Of a stretch of 64,000 bases of DNA, positions 35,675 to 44,756 are shown one piece after another (positions within the stretch are counted from its first letter, which is position 1; the number at the start of each line of letters is the position of its first letter). This DNA comes from an uncultured Haloferula sp. GTDB taxonomy: Bacteria; Verrucomicrobiota; Verrucomicrobiia; Verrucomicrobiales; Akkermansiaceae. Location: positions 288,001 through 352,000 of the forward strand of contig CBFGTS010000002.1 in assembly GCA_965652295.1 (NCBI GenBank). Reading direction: 5' to 3'. The notes below the pieces were generated by a model. It worked only from the letters and a program-made list of their open reading frames with translations, did no database searches and was not told the DNA's origin. Both the position numbers and the translations under genes were made by a program.

Positions 35675-36409
35675 TCAACCCGCATCCACGACGGTGCCGA
35701 CATCGTCGCCCAGCAGCGCCTTGACCACGTTGCCCTCCGGCGCGAGGTCGAAGATGACGATCGGAATGTGGTTGTCCATGCACAGACTGAAGGCGGTGGA
35801 GTCCATCACCTTCAGCTGCTTGCCCAGGCACTCCTTGTAGGTCACGCGGTCGTAGCGCTTGGCTTCCGGATTCTTCTTCGGGTCGCAGTCGTAGACGCCA
35901 TCGACCATGGTCGCCTTCAGCACCACGTCGGCTCCCATTTCGCTGGCGCGCAGCGCCGCGGTCGTATCGGTGGAAAAGAACGGACTCCCAGTGCCTGCGG
36001 CGAAAATCACCACCCGGCCGTCGCTCAAATGCCGGTCGGCCTTCCGGCGGATGAACGTTTCGGCGACGTTCTTCATCTCGATCGCCGATTGCACCACGCA
36101 GGAAACCCCTTTGTCCTCCAGCGCACCTTGCAGCGCGAGGGCGTTCATCACGGTGGCCAGCATGCCCACGTAGTCGGCGGTCGCTCGATCCATCCCGCGG
36201 GCGCTGGCGGCGGCTCCGCGCCAGAAGTTCCCCCCCCCGACCACGATCCCCAGCTCGACCTTGTCGGTCGCCATCGCCTCTTTCACCTCACATGCCATGC
36301 GATCCAGGATCTCCGGCGAAATGTTGTCGGTGCTGCCCCGCTCGCGGAGGGCCTCACCACTCAGTTTCAAGATGACACGACGGCGGGATTCGGAAGATCT
36401 GGAACTCAT
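35675..36409 (-). CDS. pyrH: Uridylate kinase
   Basis: [35 protein letters not shown] and VMDSTAF. Confidence 0.97.
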   Translation of the reverse strand: MSSRSSESRRRVILKLSGEALRERGSTDNISPEILDRMACEVKEAMATDKVELGIVVGGGNFWRGAAASARGMDRATADYVGMLATVMNALALQGALEDKGVSCVVQSAIEMKNVAETFIRRKADRHLSDGRVVIFAAGTGSPFFSTDTTAALRASEMGADVVLKATMVDGVYDCDPKKNPEAKRYDRVTYKECLGKQLKVMDSTAFSLCMDNHIPIVIFDLAPEGNVVKALLGDDVGTVVDAG

Positions 36410-36594
36410 GTGGCGCTGCGGCTGATCCAATCAGCGGGCCCGGGGGGAAGGAAAGGCAAAATCCGGCGGAACGCCCGCCTTGCCCGGGCCAGTAACCCGA
36501 ATGTCCGCTTGGTGAGCCGGGGTCTCCGATTCCAGCATCCGGCTGATCGGTTTCGCCCCGCGCCCGCCGCCCGCGAGCCCGTCCATTCCACGCC

Positions 36595-37863
36595 ATGAAA
36601 GCCCTGCTTCTCCCTCTCTGCCTCATTTCAGTCCTCCACGCCGCGACCCGCATCTCCATCACCGATCACGGCGCGACGACGGAATCCCTCTGCACCAACA
36701 AAATCCAGGCCGCCATCGACGCCTGCCACCAACAAGGCGGCGGCACAGTGGTCGTGCCTCCAGGCGTCTTCCTCACCGGTTCGATCTTTCTGAAGCAGGA
36801 CGTGGCCCTCCATTTGGAGAAAGGAGCCGTCCTCAAAGGCTCGAATAACATCGAGGACTACCCGAAACGCCCGACCCGCATCGAAGGCCACACCGAGCCG
36901 TGGCGCATGGCTCTGCTCAACGCCGCCAACCTCACCGCCCTGCGCATCACCGGCGAAGGCACGCTGGATGGCGACGGCGAGGTGTTCTGGAAAGCCTTCT
37001 GGAAGCGCCGCGAGGAAAACCCGAAATGCACCAACCTCGAGGTCGAGCGCCCGCGGCTGGTGTTCATCGACACCTGCCGGGAGGTCCGCATCGAGGGCAT
37101 CCGGCTGCGCAACTCCGGTTTCTGGAACCTCCACCTCTACCGCTGCCAGGATGTCGTGATCGACGGCCTCGATATCCAAGCACCCGGAAAGGACGATCCG
37201 GTCCGGGCACCGAGCAGCGACGGCATCGACATCGACAGCTGCCAGCGCGTCACTGTCAGAAACACCCGCTTCGCCGTCGATGACGACTGCATCGCCATCA
37301 AAGGCTCCAAGGGTCCGCTCGCCGATCAGGACAAGGACAGCCCGCCGGTGGAAAACATCCACGTCGAGGACTGTGAGTTCGTCCGCGGCCACGGCGTCGT
37401 CACCCTCGGCAGCGAGGCCACCCGCGTCCGCAACGTCTTCGTCCACCGCTGCAAGGTCGGTCCCGGCAACAACCTGGTCCGCCTCAAGCTCCGCCCTGAC
37501 ACGCCGCAGCTCTACGAAAACCTGGTTTACGAGGACATCGAACTCAGCGGCGACAGCGGGGCGATCTTCGCCGTCAAACCCTGGACCCAGTTCTTCGATC
37601 TCAAGGGCCACGAGCCCCCTGCCTCGATCGTCAGCAACCTCGTCCTGCGCAACATCCGCGGCAGCTACGGCGGTCTTGGAATCTTGGTCGGAAACGAAGG
37701 CGACACGATTCGCAATCTCGTGCTTGAGGACATCGGACTTTCCCTCCAGGACCTCGATTTCCGCACCGATGGAGTTCGCAGCGCCTCGGCGGAAAATGTC
37801 ATTCTCAACAACCGCAAGTGGCATTTCCCCGGCACGCCCAAGCCCGGATCATCGTCCAAATGA
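36595..37863 (+). CDS. Secreted GH28 glycoside hydrolase (polygalacturonase/rhamnogalacturonase-like)
   Basis: Signal peptide; IQAAIDAC, SSDGIDID, DDCIAIK, GHG...LGSE and RLK. Confidence 0.88.
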   Translation: MKALLLPLCLISVLHAATRISITDHGATTESLCTNKIQAAIDACHQQGGGTVVVPPGVFLTGSIFLKQDVALHLEKGAVLKGSNNIEDYPKRPTRIEGHTEPWRMALLNAANLTALRITGEGTLDGDGEVFWKAFWKRREENPKCTNLEVERPRLVFIDTCREVRIEGIRLRNSGFWNLHLYRCQDVVIDGLDIQAPGKDDPVRAPSSDGIDIDSCQRVTVRNTRFAVDDDCIAIKGSKGPLADQDKDSPPVENIHVEDCEFVRGHGVVTLGSEATRVRNVFVHRCKVGPGNNLVRLKLRPDTPQLYENLVYEDIELSGDSGAIFAVKPWTQFFDLKGHEPPASIVSNLVLRNIRGSYGGLGILVGNEGDTIRNLVLEDIGLSLQDLDFRTDGVRSASAENVILNNRKWHFPGTPKPGSSSK

Positions 37864-37866
37864 GCC

Positions 37867-38787
37867 ATGAAATTGCTGTTGCTTCCCCTCCTCGCCACCC
37901 TGCTCCAGGCCGCCCGCCCGGATGCGGTCGTCGCGCCCGACGGCTCGGGGGATTTCACCTCGATCCAGGAAGCCGTCATGGCCGCCCCCTACCGGCCCGG
38001 CGCGCCCCCGTGGGTCATCGAAGTGAAACCCGGCACCTACGACGAGCGCGTCTATGTCCAGCGGGAGCGCGGATACGTGAAGCTCGTCGGCGAGGACCCC
38101 GCCACCACGATCCTCACCGGCGACCTGCACGCCAACCTCCCGGGCGCCGACGGAAAACCCATCGGCACTTTCGCCACCGCCACGCTGCAGATCGATGGCG
38201 ATGGCTTTGAAATCGAGAACCTCACCATCCGCAACACCGCCGGCAACGTGGGCCAGGCCCTCGCCCTGCGGGCCGATGGCGACAAGCTCGTCTTCCGCAA
38301 CTGCCGCTTCCTCGGCTGGCAGGACACCGTGCTCGTCAACCGCGGCCGACATTACTTCGAAGACTGCCGCATCGAGGGCCATGTGGATTTCATCTTCGGT
38401 GCCGCCACGGCATGGTTTGAAAACTGCACCATCCACTGCCTCGCTCCGGGCTTCATCACCGCCGCCTCGACCCCGGCGGAGCAGCCCTACGGCCTCATTT
38501 TCCACCGCTGTAAAATCACCGCCGAGCCGGGCGTGCAAACCTACCTCGGCCGGCCGTGGCGCGAGCATGCCATGACCGCCTTCATCCACTGCGAGATGGA
38601 CCGCTCCATCCGCCCCGAGGGCTGGCGCGAGTGGAACGCCACCGACCACGCCAAGACGGTCCGCTACGGTGAGTATCGTAGCTCCGGGCCGGGAGCCGCT
38701 CCGGAGAAGCGGGTCGCCTGGGCCCACCTCGAAGTCCCCTGGAACCTCTCCACCGAAAAGGTCTTCAACAACTGGGACCCGAACTGA
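37867..38787 (+). CDS. Pectin methylesterase (CE8)
   Basis: VAPDGSGDFTSIQEAV, GQALAL, QDTVL, VDFIFG and YLGRPW. Confidence 0.93.
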   Translation: MKLLLLPLLATLLQAARPDAVVAPDGSGDFTSIQEAVMAAPYRPGAPPWVIEVKPGTYDERVYVQRERGYVKLVGEDPATTILTGDLHANLPGADGKPIGTFATATLQIDGDGFEIENLTIRNTAGNVGQALALRADGDKLVFRNCRFLGWQDTVLVNRGRHYFEDCRIEGHVDFIFGAATAWFENCTIHCLAPGFITAASTPAEQPYGLIFHRCKITAEPGVQTYLGRPWREHAMTAFIHCEMDRSIRPEGWREWNATDHAKTVRYGEYRSSGPGAAPEKRVAWAHLEVPWNLSTEKVFNNWDPN

Positions 38788-38800
38788 CTCCCTTTTCCCG

Positions 38801-41329
38801 ATGAAACCCCTGGTCTTCGCCGCCCTCACCACCGCGGCTCTCGCCGCCCCTGATTTCCACGGAGCCACGCCCCTCGAATGGTCGCGCCGCATGGCGGACT
38901 CCGAGATGCAGCGGCTCGGCAGCTCGCTTTTCCACGAAAACCCCGACGCCAAGTGGACCTACACCACCGGTCTGCTGGGTGAAGCCTGCCTGAAGCTCGC
39001 GGATGCCACCGGCGAAGAAACGTATGCCGCGTTCGGAGCCCAGGCCGCCGAGAGCTTCATTGAAACCGACGGCACCATCGCGCGCTACCAGCTGGAGGAC
39101 TACAACATCGACCTCATCACCCCGGGCAAGGTCCTCCTTTACCGCTGGGAAAAAGGCCACCGCCCCGAGTCCCATCGCACGGCCATCGAAACCCTCCGCC
39201 GACAGATGCGCGAGCACCCGCGCACCTCGGAAGGCGGTTTCTGGCACAAGAAGCGGTATCCCCACCAGATGTGGCTCGACGGCCTCTACATGGCCTCGCC
39301 CTTCCTCGCGCAATACGCCGGCATTTTCGACGAGCCGGAGCTTTACGACGAGGTGGTGAAGCAGATCACTCTCATCGATCGACATACCTACGACGCGGAC
39401 AAGGGCCTCCACTACCACGGCTGGGACGAGGCCCGGGCGCAGGACTGGGCCGACGAGGAAAGCGGGCTTTCCTCCAACTTCTGGGGGCGCGCCATCGGTT
39501 GGTATGCCATGGCCCTCGTCGATGACCTCGCTTTCCTCCCCGCCGACCACCCCGGCGTGCCTCGGGTCCGGGAAATCCTGACCCGCGTCGCCCGTGGCAT
39601 CGCCCGCTATCAGGATCCCGAAACCGGCCTCTGGTGGCAAGTCGTGGATCACCCGGGAGCCGAAGGCAACTATCTCGAAGCCACCGCCTCATCGATGTAT
39701 GTTTACTCGCTCGCCAAGGCGATCCACCACGGCTGGCTGCCAAGGGAGGAATACCTGCCCGTCGTGCTCAAAGGCTACCAAGGCATCCTCGACCACTTCA
39801 TCGACGAGGACGCCCAGGGCCGCATCTCCCTGACTCAATGCTGCGAAGTCGCCGGGCTCGGTTTCACCAATTCCGCCGGCATTCCCCGCGACGGCAGCTA
39901 CGAATACTACATCTCCGAACCCATCGTTGAAAACGATCCCAAGGGCGTCGGGCCCTTCATCCTCGCCGGCATCGAACTCACCGCCCTTCTCAACCCTGCC
40001 GCGGCTGCGCAGGGCTGGCAGGACGTCGATGCCGTGCTCGCCCGCATCAAGCCACCCGTTTTCCCGGACCGGGACTTCCCGATCACCGACTTCGGCGCCA
40101 CCCGCGATGCGGACTCCACCACCGCGATCCGCGCCGCCATCGAGGCCTGTCATGAGGCCGGCGGCGGCCGCGTCGTCATCCCCGAAGGCCGCTGGCTCAC
40201 CGGTGCCATCACCCTCCTTTCCAACCTCGACCTCCACGTCAGCGAGGGTGCGACGCTCGAGTGGATCTTCGATCCCGGTCTCTACCCGATCGTCTTCACT
40301 CGCTGGGAAGGCATGGAGTGCATGAACTTCTCTCCGCTCATCTACGCCTTCGACCAGGAGAACATCGCCATCACCGGCAAGGGCACTCTCGATGGCGGAG
40401 CCACCGAAACAACCTGGTGGGCGTGGAATCTCAAAGGCGACGGCGACCAACGCCTTCAGATCCCCGCCCGCGACCGTCTCGGCGAAATGGTCGAGCAGCG
40501 CGTCCCCGTCGAGCAGCGCGTTTTCGGGAAAGGCCATTTCCTCCGCCCCAACTTCATCCAACCCTACCGCTGCCGCAATGTCCTCATCGAAGGCGTCACC
40601 CTCCATCGCTCTCCGATGTGGAACCTCCATCCGGTGCTCTGCGAAAACGTCACCGTCCGCGGCGTCAGCATCGTCACCCACGGGACCAACAACGACGGCT
40701 GCAATCCCGAGTCCTGCCGCGACGTACTGATCGAGCACACGCTTTTCGACACCGGCGACGACTGCATCGCCATCAAGTCCGGCCGCAACGAAGACGGCCG
40801 CCGCATCGGCGTGCCTTCGGAAAACATCATCATCCGTCACTGCACCATGAAGGACGGCCACGGCGGCGTCGTGCTCGGCTCCGAGTGCTCCGGCCACATC
40901 CGCAACGTCTGGGTCGAGCACTGCGTCATGGACAGCCCGAACCTCGACCGCGCCCTGCGTTTCAAAAACAACGCCGAGCGTGGCGGCATCCTGGAAAACG
41001 TCTTCATGCGGAATGTGAAGATCGGCCGCCTCGCCGAAGCCGCGCTCACCATCGATCTCCTTTACGAAGAAGGCCCCGACGGCGACCACCAAGCGATCGT
41101 CCGCAACGTCGAGATGTCGAACATCACCAGTTCCGCCAGCCCCCGCGTCCTGTTCGTCCGCGGCTACGAGGGCGCCGTCATCGACGACATTCGCATCCTC
41201 GACTCCAAGTTCCACGGCGTCACCCACACCGAGGTCGTCGAATACGCCGGCTCCATCCACATGGAAAACGTCGAAATCGTCCCCGCCAAGGGCCTCCGCC
41301 CCCGCAACTCCGTCCCGAAGAAAGAATAA
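38801..41329 (+). CDS. GH105 unsaturated rhamnogalacturonyl hydrolase fused to GH28 polygalacturonase
   Basis: N-half: YNID, GGFWHKKRYPHQMWLDGLYM, YHGWDE, WGRAIGW, NDPKGVGPFI. C-half: IKPPVFPDRDF, LRPNFIQPY, NNDGCNPE, GDDCIAIKSGR, GHGGVVLGSE. Confidence 0.9.
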   Translation: MKPLVFAALTTAALAAPDFHGATPLEWSRRMADSEMQRLGSSLFHENPDAKWTYTTGLLGEACLKLADATGEETYAAFGAQAAESFIETDGTIARYQLEDYNIDLITPGKVLLYRWEKGHRPESHRTAIETLRRQMREHPRTSEGGFWHKKRYPHQMWLDGLYMASPFLAQYAGIFDEPELYDEVVKQITLIDRHTYDADKGLHYHGWDEARAQDWADEESGLSSNFWGRAIGWYAMALVDDLAFLPADHPGVPRVREILTRVARGIARYQDPETGLWWQVVDHPGAEGNYLEATASSMYVYSLAKAIHHGWLPREEYLPVVLKGYQGILDHFIDEDAQGRISLTQCCEVAGLGFTNSAGIPRDGSYEYYISEPIVENDPKGVGPFILAGIELTALLNPAAAAQGWQDVDAVLARIKPPVFPDRDFPITDFGATRDADSTTAIRAAIEACHEAGGGRVVIPEGRWLTGAITLLSNLDLHVSEGATLEWIFDPGLYPIVFTRWEGMECMNFSPLIYAFDQENIAITGKGTLDGGATETTWWAWNLKGDGDQRLQIPARDRLGEMVEQRVPVEQRVFGKGHFLRPNFIQPYRCRNVLIEGVTLHRSPMWNLHPVLCENVTVRGVSIVTHGTNNDGCNPESCRDVLIEHTLFDTGDDCIAIKSGRNEDGRRIGVPSENIIIRHCTMKDGHGGVVLGSECSGHIRNVWVEHCVMDSPNLDRALRFKNNAERGGILENVFMRNVKIGRLAEAALTIDLLYEEGPDGDHQAIVRNVEMSNITSSASPRVLFVRGYEGAVIDDIRILDSKFHGVTHTEVVEYAGSIHMENVEIVPAKGLRPRNSVPKKE

Positions 41330-41341
41330 GCAACGAATCAC

Positions 41342-41479
41342 CTATCAGTGGCGTGACCGCGTGCCCCGATAAGTCGGAGGTCCCGGTCATGAACGGTTGA
41401 GATCGAGATTGTCAGGAGATGGATGCAGGAGTGCTTTGGGCTCCTGCGTTCATGATCGGGACGGTCATGCCACTGACAG
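41342..41479. other. Multi-stem intergenic palindromic element (candidate structured RNA or MITE)
   Basis: CTATCAGTGGCGTGACCG pairs with CGGTCATGCCACTGACAG, and GTCCCGGTCATGAACG pairs with CGTTCATGATCGGGAC. Side hairpins are CCGA-TAAG-TCGG and GCAGGAG..CTCCTGC. Confidence 0.5.
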
Positions 41480-41551
41480 ATCGCGCCACTTCCGCTGCCC
41501 ACTTTTTACTTTTTACTTTTTACTCGGCACTGCCGCGGAGCAGCCAAACCC

Positions 41552-43693
41552 ATGAAAGCCCTTCTTCTCCTCACCGTCGCCACCCTCCAAGCCGCGCCCA
41601 TCGACCGCGAGGCCGTCGTCTCCCGCCACAACCCCGTCATCGAGAAGCTCAACCCCGACGCCCCCGTCACCGTCGGCAACGGCGGTTTCGCCTTCACCGC
41701 CGACGTCACCGGCCTGCAATCCTTCGCCGCCCACCACCACCGCCACGGCGTCCCTACCGAAACCCTCTGCCGCTGGGCCTGGTATTCCGAGCCGAACCCC
41801 CACGGCTACCAACTCTCCGACGCGTTCGAAGACTATACCGAAGCCGACGGCCGCACCGTCGCCTACCCCACTGATGCCAACACTGACGCCGGCCAGTGGC
41901 TCCGACGAAGCCCACGCAGTCATCCGCTCGGCCAGCTCGCCTTCGTCCATGGCGATGGCTCACCCCTCGACATGACGGAAGTCGCCGATGTCCACCAAAC
42001 CCTCGACCTCTGGCGCGGCGTCATCACCAGCCATTTCACCGTCGATGGCGAGCCGGTCGAAGTCATCACCACCTGCCATCCGGACCTCGACCTCGTCGCC
42101 GTCAGGATGAAATCCGGACTCTTCACCGACGGCCGCCTCGCCATCAAACTCGGCTTTCCCCGTGGCCACGACGCGGCCAACAAACTCACCCCCGCCCTCG
42201 ATTGGTCGGAGCCGGAAAGCCACACGACCACCACCAAACAAGGCGACCACCGCCTCGACTTCGAGCGCCGCCGCGACGCGATGACCCACCACAGCGCGCT
42301 CGCCTGGACCGGCGATGCCACGATCGAAAACCCCGGGGCCCACCAGTTCCTTCTCAAGCCCTCTTCCGAAACCCTCGCCGTCACCCTGTCCTTCGCACCC
42401 GACGCCCTGCCGGCCGCCCTCCCCGATTTCGAGACCACCCTCACCGCCAGCGGAAAACACTGGAACGCCTTCTGGGAAAACGGCGCCGCCGTCGATTTCT
42501 CCGGCAGCACCGATCCCCGCGCCGCGAAGCTGGAAGAGCGGATCATCCTTTCCCAATACCTCACCGCCGTCCAGATGGCCGGCAAGGTTCCGCCTCAGGA
42601 AAGCGGCCTCACCTGCAACACCTGGTACGGCAAACACCATAGCGAGATGATCTGGTGGCACGCCGCCCACTTCGCACTCTGGGGCCACGACGACCTGCTC
42701 GCCAAAAACCTGGCGTGGTATGTGAAGCAGCTCCCCACCGCCCGCGAGCTCGCCGCCAGCCGCCAGCTCAAGGGTGCGCGCTGGGCGAAAATGGTCGGCC
42801 CCGACGGCCGCGAGAGCCCCGGCGGCAATCCACTCATCGTCTGGAACCAACCCCACCCGATCTATCTCGCCGAGCTGCTCTACCGGAACACGCCCACACC
42901 CGCGACCCTCGCCCGCTACCGCCAGCTCGTCCTCGACACCGCCGACTGCCTCGCTTCGATGGTTCATTTCGACGAGAAAACGCAGGCCTACGTCCTCGGC
43001 CCGCCGCTCTGGATCGCTCAGGAAATCCACGACCAGCGCACCAGCCAGAACCCCGCCTTCGAACTCGCCTACTGGCACTGGGCGCTCGCGACCGCCCAGC
43101 AATGGCGGGAGCGCCTCGACCTGCCTCGCGAGGAGAAATGGGACCCCATCATCCAGCACCTTTCGCCCCTCCCGCAGAAAGACGGCAAATACGTCGCGCT
43201 CGGCTCCGCGCCCGACACCTGGGACAACCTCGACAGCCGCCACGACCATCCCTCCATGCTCGCCCCGCTCGGCGTCCTGCCCGGCGGCCCGATGGTTGAT
43301 CGGGAAACCATGAACCGCACCCTCGACGCCGTGCTTTCCGAGTGGGACTGGGAAACCAAGATCTGGGGCTGGGACTACCCCATGATCGCCATGACCGCCA
43401 CCCGCCTCGGTCGACCCGGAGATGCCGTGGAGATCCTGCTGCGCGATGGCCCCAACAACCGATACCTGCCCACCGGCCACTGCCCCCAGCGCGGCGACGA
43501 AGCCCTGCCCGAGAACGCCCCTCCCGGTATCCCCAAGCGCGAAATCGCCACCTATCTTCCCGCCAACGGCTCGTTCCTTTCCGCCGTCGCCCTCATGATC
43601 GCCGGCTGGGACGGCTGCGAAATGGAGACCCCGGGCATCCCCAAGGACGGAACCTGGAGCGTCCGTTTCGAAGGCGTACGGCAACTCCCGTAG
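41552..43693 (+). CDS. Secreted six-hairpin (alpha/alpha)6 glycosidase-like protein (GH65/GH95-like)
   Basis: Signal peptide; IDREAVVSRHNP, VGNGGFAFTADVTGLQ, PPQESGL, WYGKHH.EM, WNQPHPI, NPAFELAYW, WGWDYP and YLPANG. Confidence 0.7.
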   Translation: MKALLLLTVATLQAAPIDREAVVSRHNPVIEKLNPDAPVTVGNGGFAFTADVTGLQSFAAHHHRHGVPTETLCRWAWYSEPNPHGYQLSDAFEDYTEADGRTVAYPTDANTDAGQWLRRSPRSHPLGQLAFVHGDGSPLDMTEVADVHQTLDLWRGVITSHFTVDGEPVEVITTCHPDLDLVAVRMKSGLFTDGRLAIKLGFPRGHDAANKLTPALDWSEPESHTTTTKQGDHRLDFERRRDAMTHHSALAWTGDATIENPGAHQFLLKPSSETLAVTLSFAPDALPAALPDFETTLTASGKHWNAFWENGAAVDFSGSTDPRAAKLEERIILSQYLTAVQMAGKVPPQESGLTCNTWYGKHHSEMIWWHAAHFALWGHDDLLAKNLAWYVKQLPTARELAASRQLKGARWAKMVGPDGRESPGGNPLIVWNQPHPIYLAELLYRNTPTPATLARYRQLVLDTADCLASMVHFDEKTQAYVLGPPLWIAQEIHDQRTSQNPAFELAYWHWALATAQQWRERLDLPREEKWDPIIQHLSPLPQKDGKYVALGSAPDTWDNLDSRHDHPSMLAPLGVLPGGPMVDRETMNRTLDAVLSEWDWETKIWGWDYPMIAMTATRLGRPGDAVEILLRDGPNNRYLPTGHCPQRGDEALPENAPPGIPKREIATYLPANGSFLSAVALMIAGWDGCEMETPGIPKDGTWSVRFEGVRQLP

Positions 43694-43777
43694 TTGCGGC
43701 GTCCTTTCTCCCAACGGAACGGCCGCCTTCTTCGAAAACCCCTTGCCTCACTCACGTCCGCTTGTGCTAATCACGCC

Positions 43778-44674
43778 GTGGCACTGCTGGCGAAAGGAGA
43801 GGACTACTTCGGCAAGGGCGGGTTTCCGCTCACGGCCCGGGTCGTGCGCACCGAGCCGGGCGGCAAGCCTTCCCATGCTCACGACGTCACCGAACTCGAT
43901 CACTTTCACGATTTCTGCGAACTGGTCCTGGTGCTCTCCGGTCGCGGTCGGCACATCCTCGAAGGCGAGTCGTTTCCCGTCGCTGCCGGCAATGTCTTCG
44001 TCGTCCAGGGCAGCCAGGTCCACGCCTTCCGCGAGCGCGACGAGCTTGTGCTGGTGAATGTGATGTACGACCCCGACCGCCTGCCGCTCCCGGAAAACCT
44101 GCTCCGCCGCCTGCCTGGCTACAGCGCCCTGTTCAAGCTCGAACCCAGCTTCCGGAGCGCCCACCGGTTTTCCAGCCGCCTGCAGCTGGACCGCGAGTCG
44201 CTGGGAACCGCGCGCTCGCTCGCGGCCGAGATCGGCCGGGAAGCCACCGAGGAGAAGCCCGGCCACGAAGCCGCCCGGCTGGGAACGCTCGTCCAACTGA
44301 TGGCCTTCCTCTCCCGTCACTACGGCCGTAGTGAAGCAGGTGAAAGCCGCGCACTGCTGCGGGTTGGGGGGCTCATCAGCACGTTGGAGCAGCGCTTCAA
44401 CGAGCCATGGACGCTCGAGGATCTCGCCATAGCCGCGGGCTTTTCACGCACCAGCTTCCTCCGGATCTTCCGCCGTGCCACGGGCGAGTCGCCCATCGAA
44501 TTTCTCATCGGTCTCAGGGTCGAGGCCGCCAAGCGCATGCTGCGGGAAACCACCCTGAGCATGACCGAGATCGCCCATGAGTGCGGCTTCGGCGACTCGA
44601 ACTACTTCTCCCGCCGCTTCCGGCAAGCCACCGGCAGGACGCCCGGCGGGTTCCGTCGAGGCGAGTGGGAATAA
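43778..44674 (+). CDS. AraC family regulator (RhaR/RhaS-like, cupin plus double HTH)
   Basis: HFHDFCELVLV cupin and IAHECGFGDSNYFSRRF. The start is uncertain; GTG 43778 was chosen. Confidence 0.88.
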   Translation: MALLAKGEDYFGKGGFPLTARVVRTEPGGKPSHAHDVTELDHFHDFCELVLVLSGRGRHILEGESFPVAAGNVFVVQGSQVHAFRERDELVLVNVMYDPDRLPLPENLLRRLPGYSALFKLEPSFRSAHRFSSRLQLDRESLGTARSLAAEIGREATEEKPGHEAARLGTLVQLMAFLSRHYGRSEAGESRALLRVGGLISTLEQRFNEPWTLEDLAIAAGFSRTSFLRIFRRATGESPIEFLIGLRVEAAKRMLRETTLSMTEIAHECGFGDSNYFSRRFRQATGRTPGGFRRGEWE

Positions 44675-44756
44675 TTGCGACCGATCGTCCTAATGGATTT
44701 TGATTTTGGCCCGATTGTCATGGCCCGGCCCATCCGCTTCGTGGCAGGGTCTCCGC

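Noticed and set aside
35077..36409. pyrH-frr without adjacent rpsB-tsf
   Set aside because: Separation of these gene pairs is common and not informative alone.
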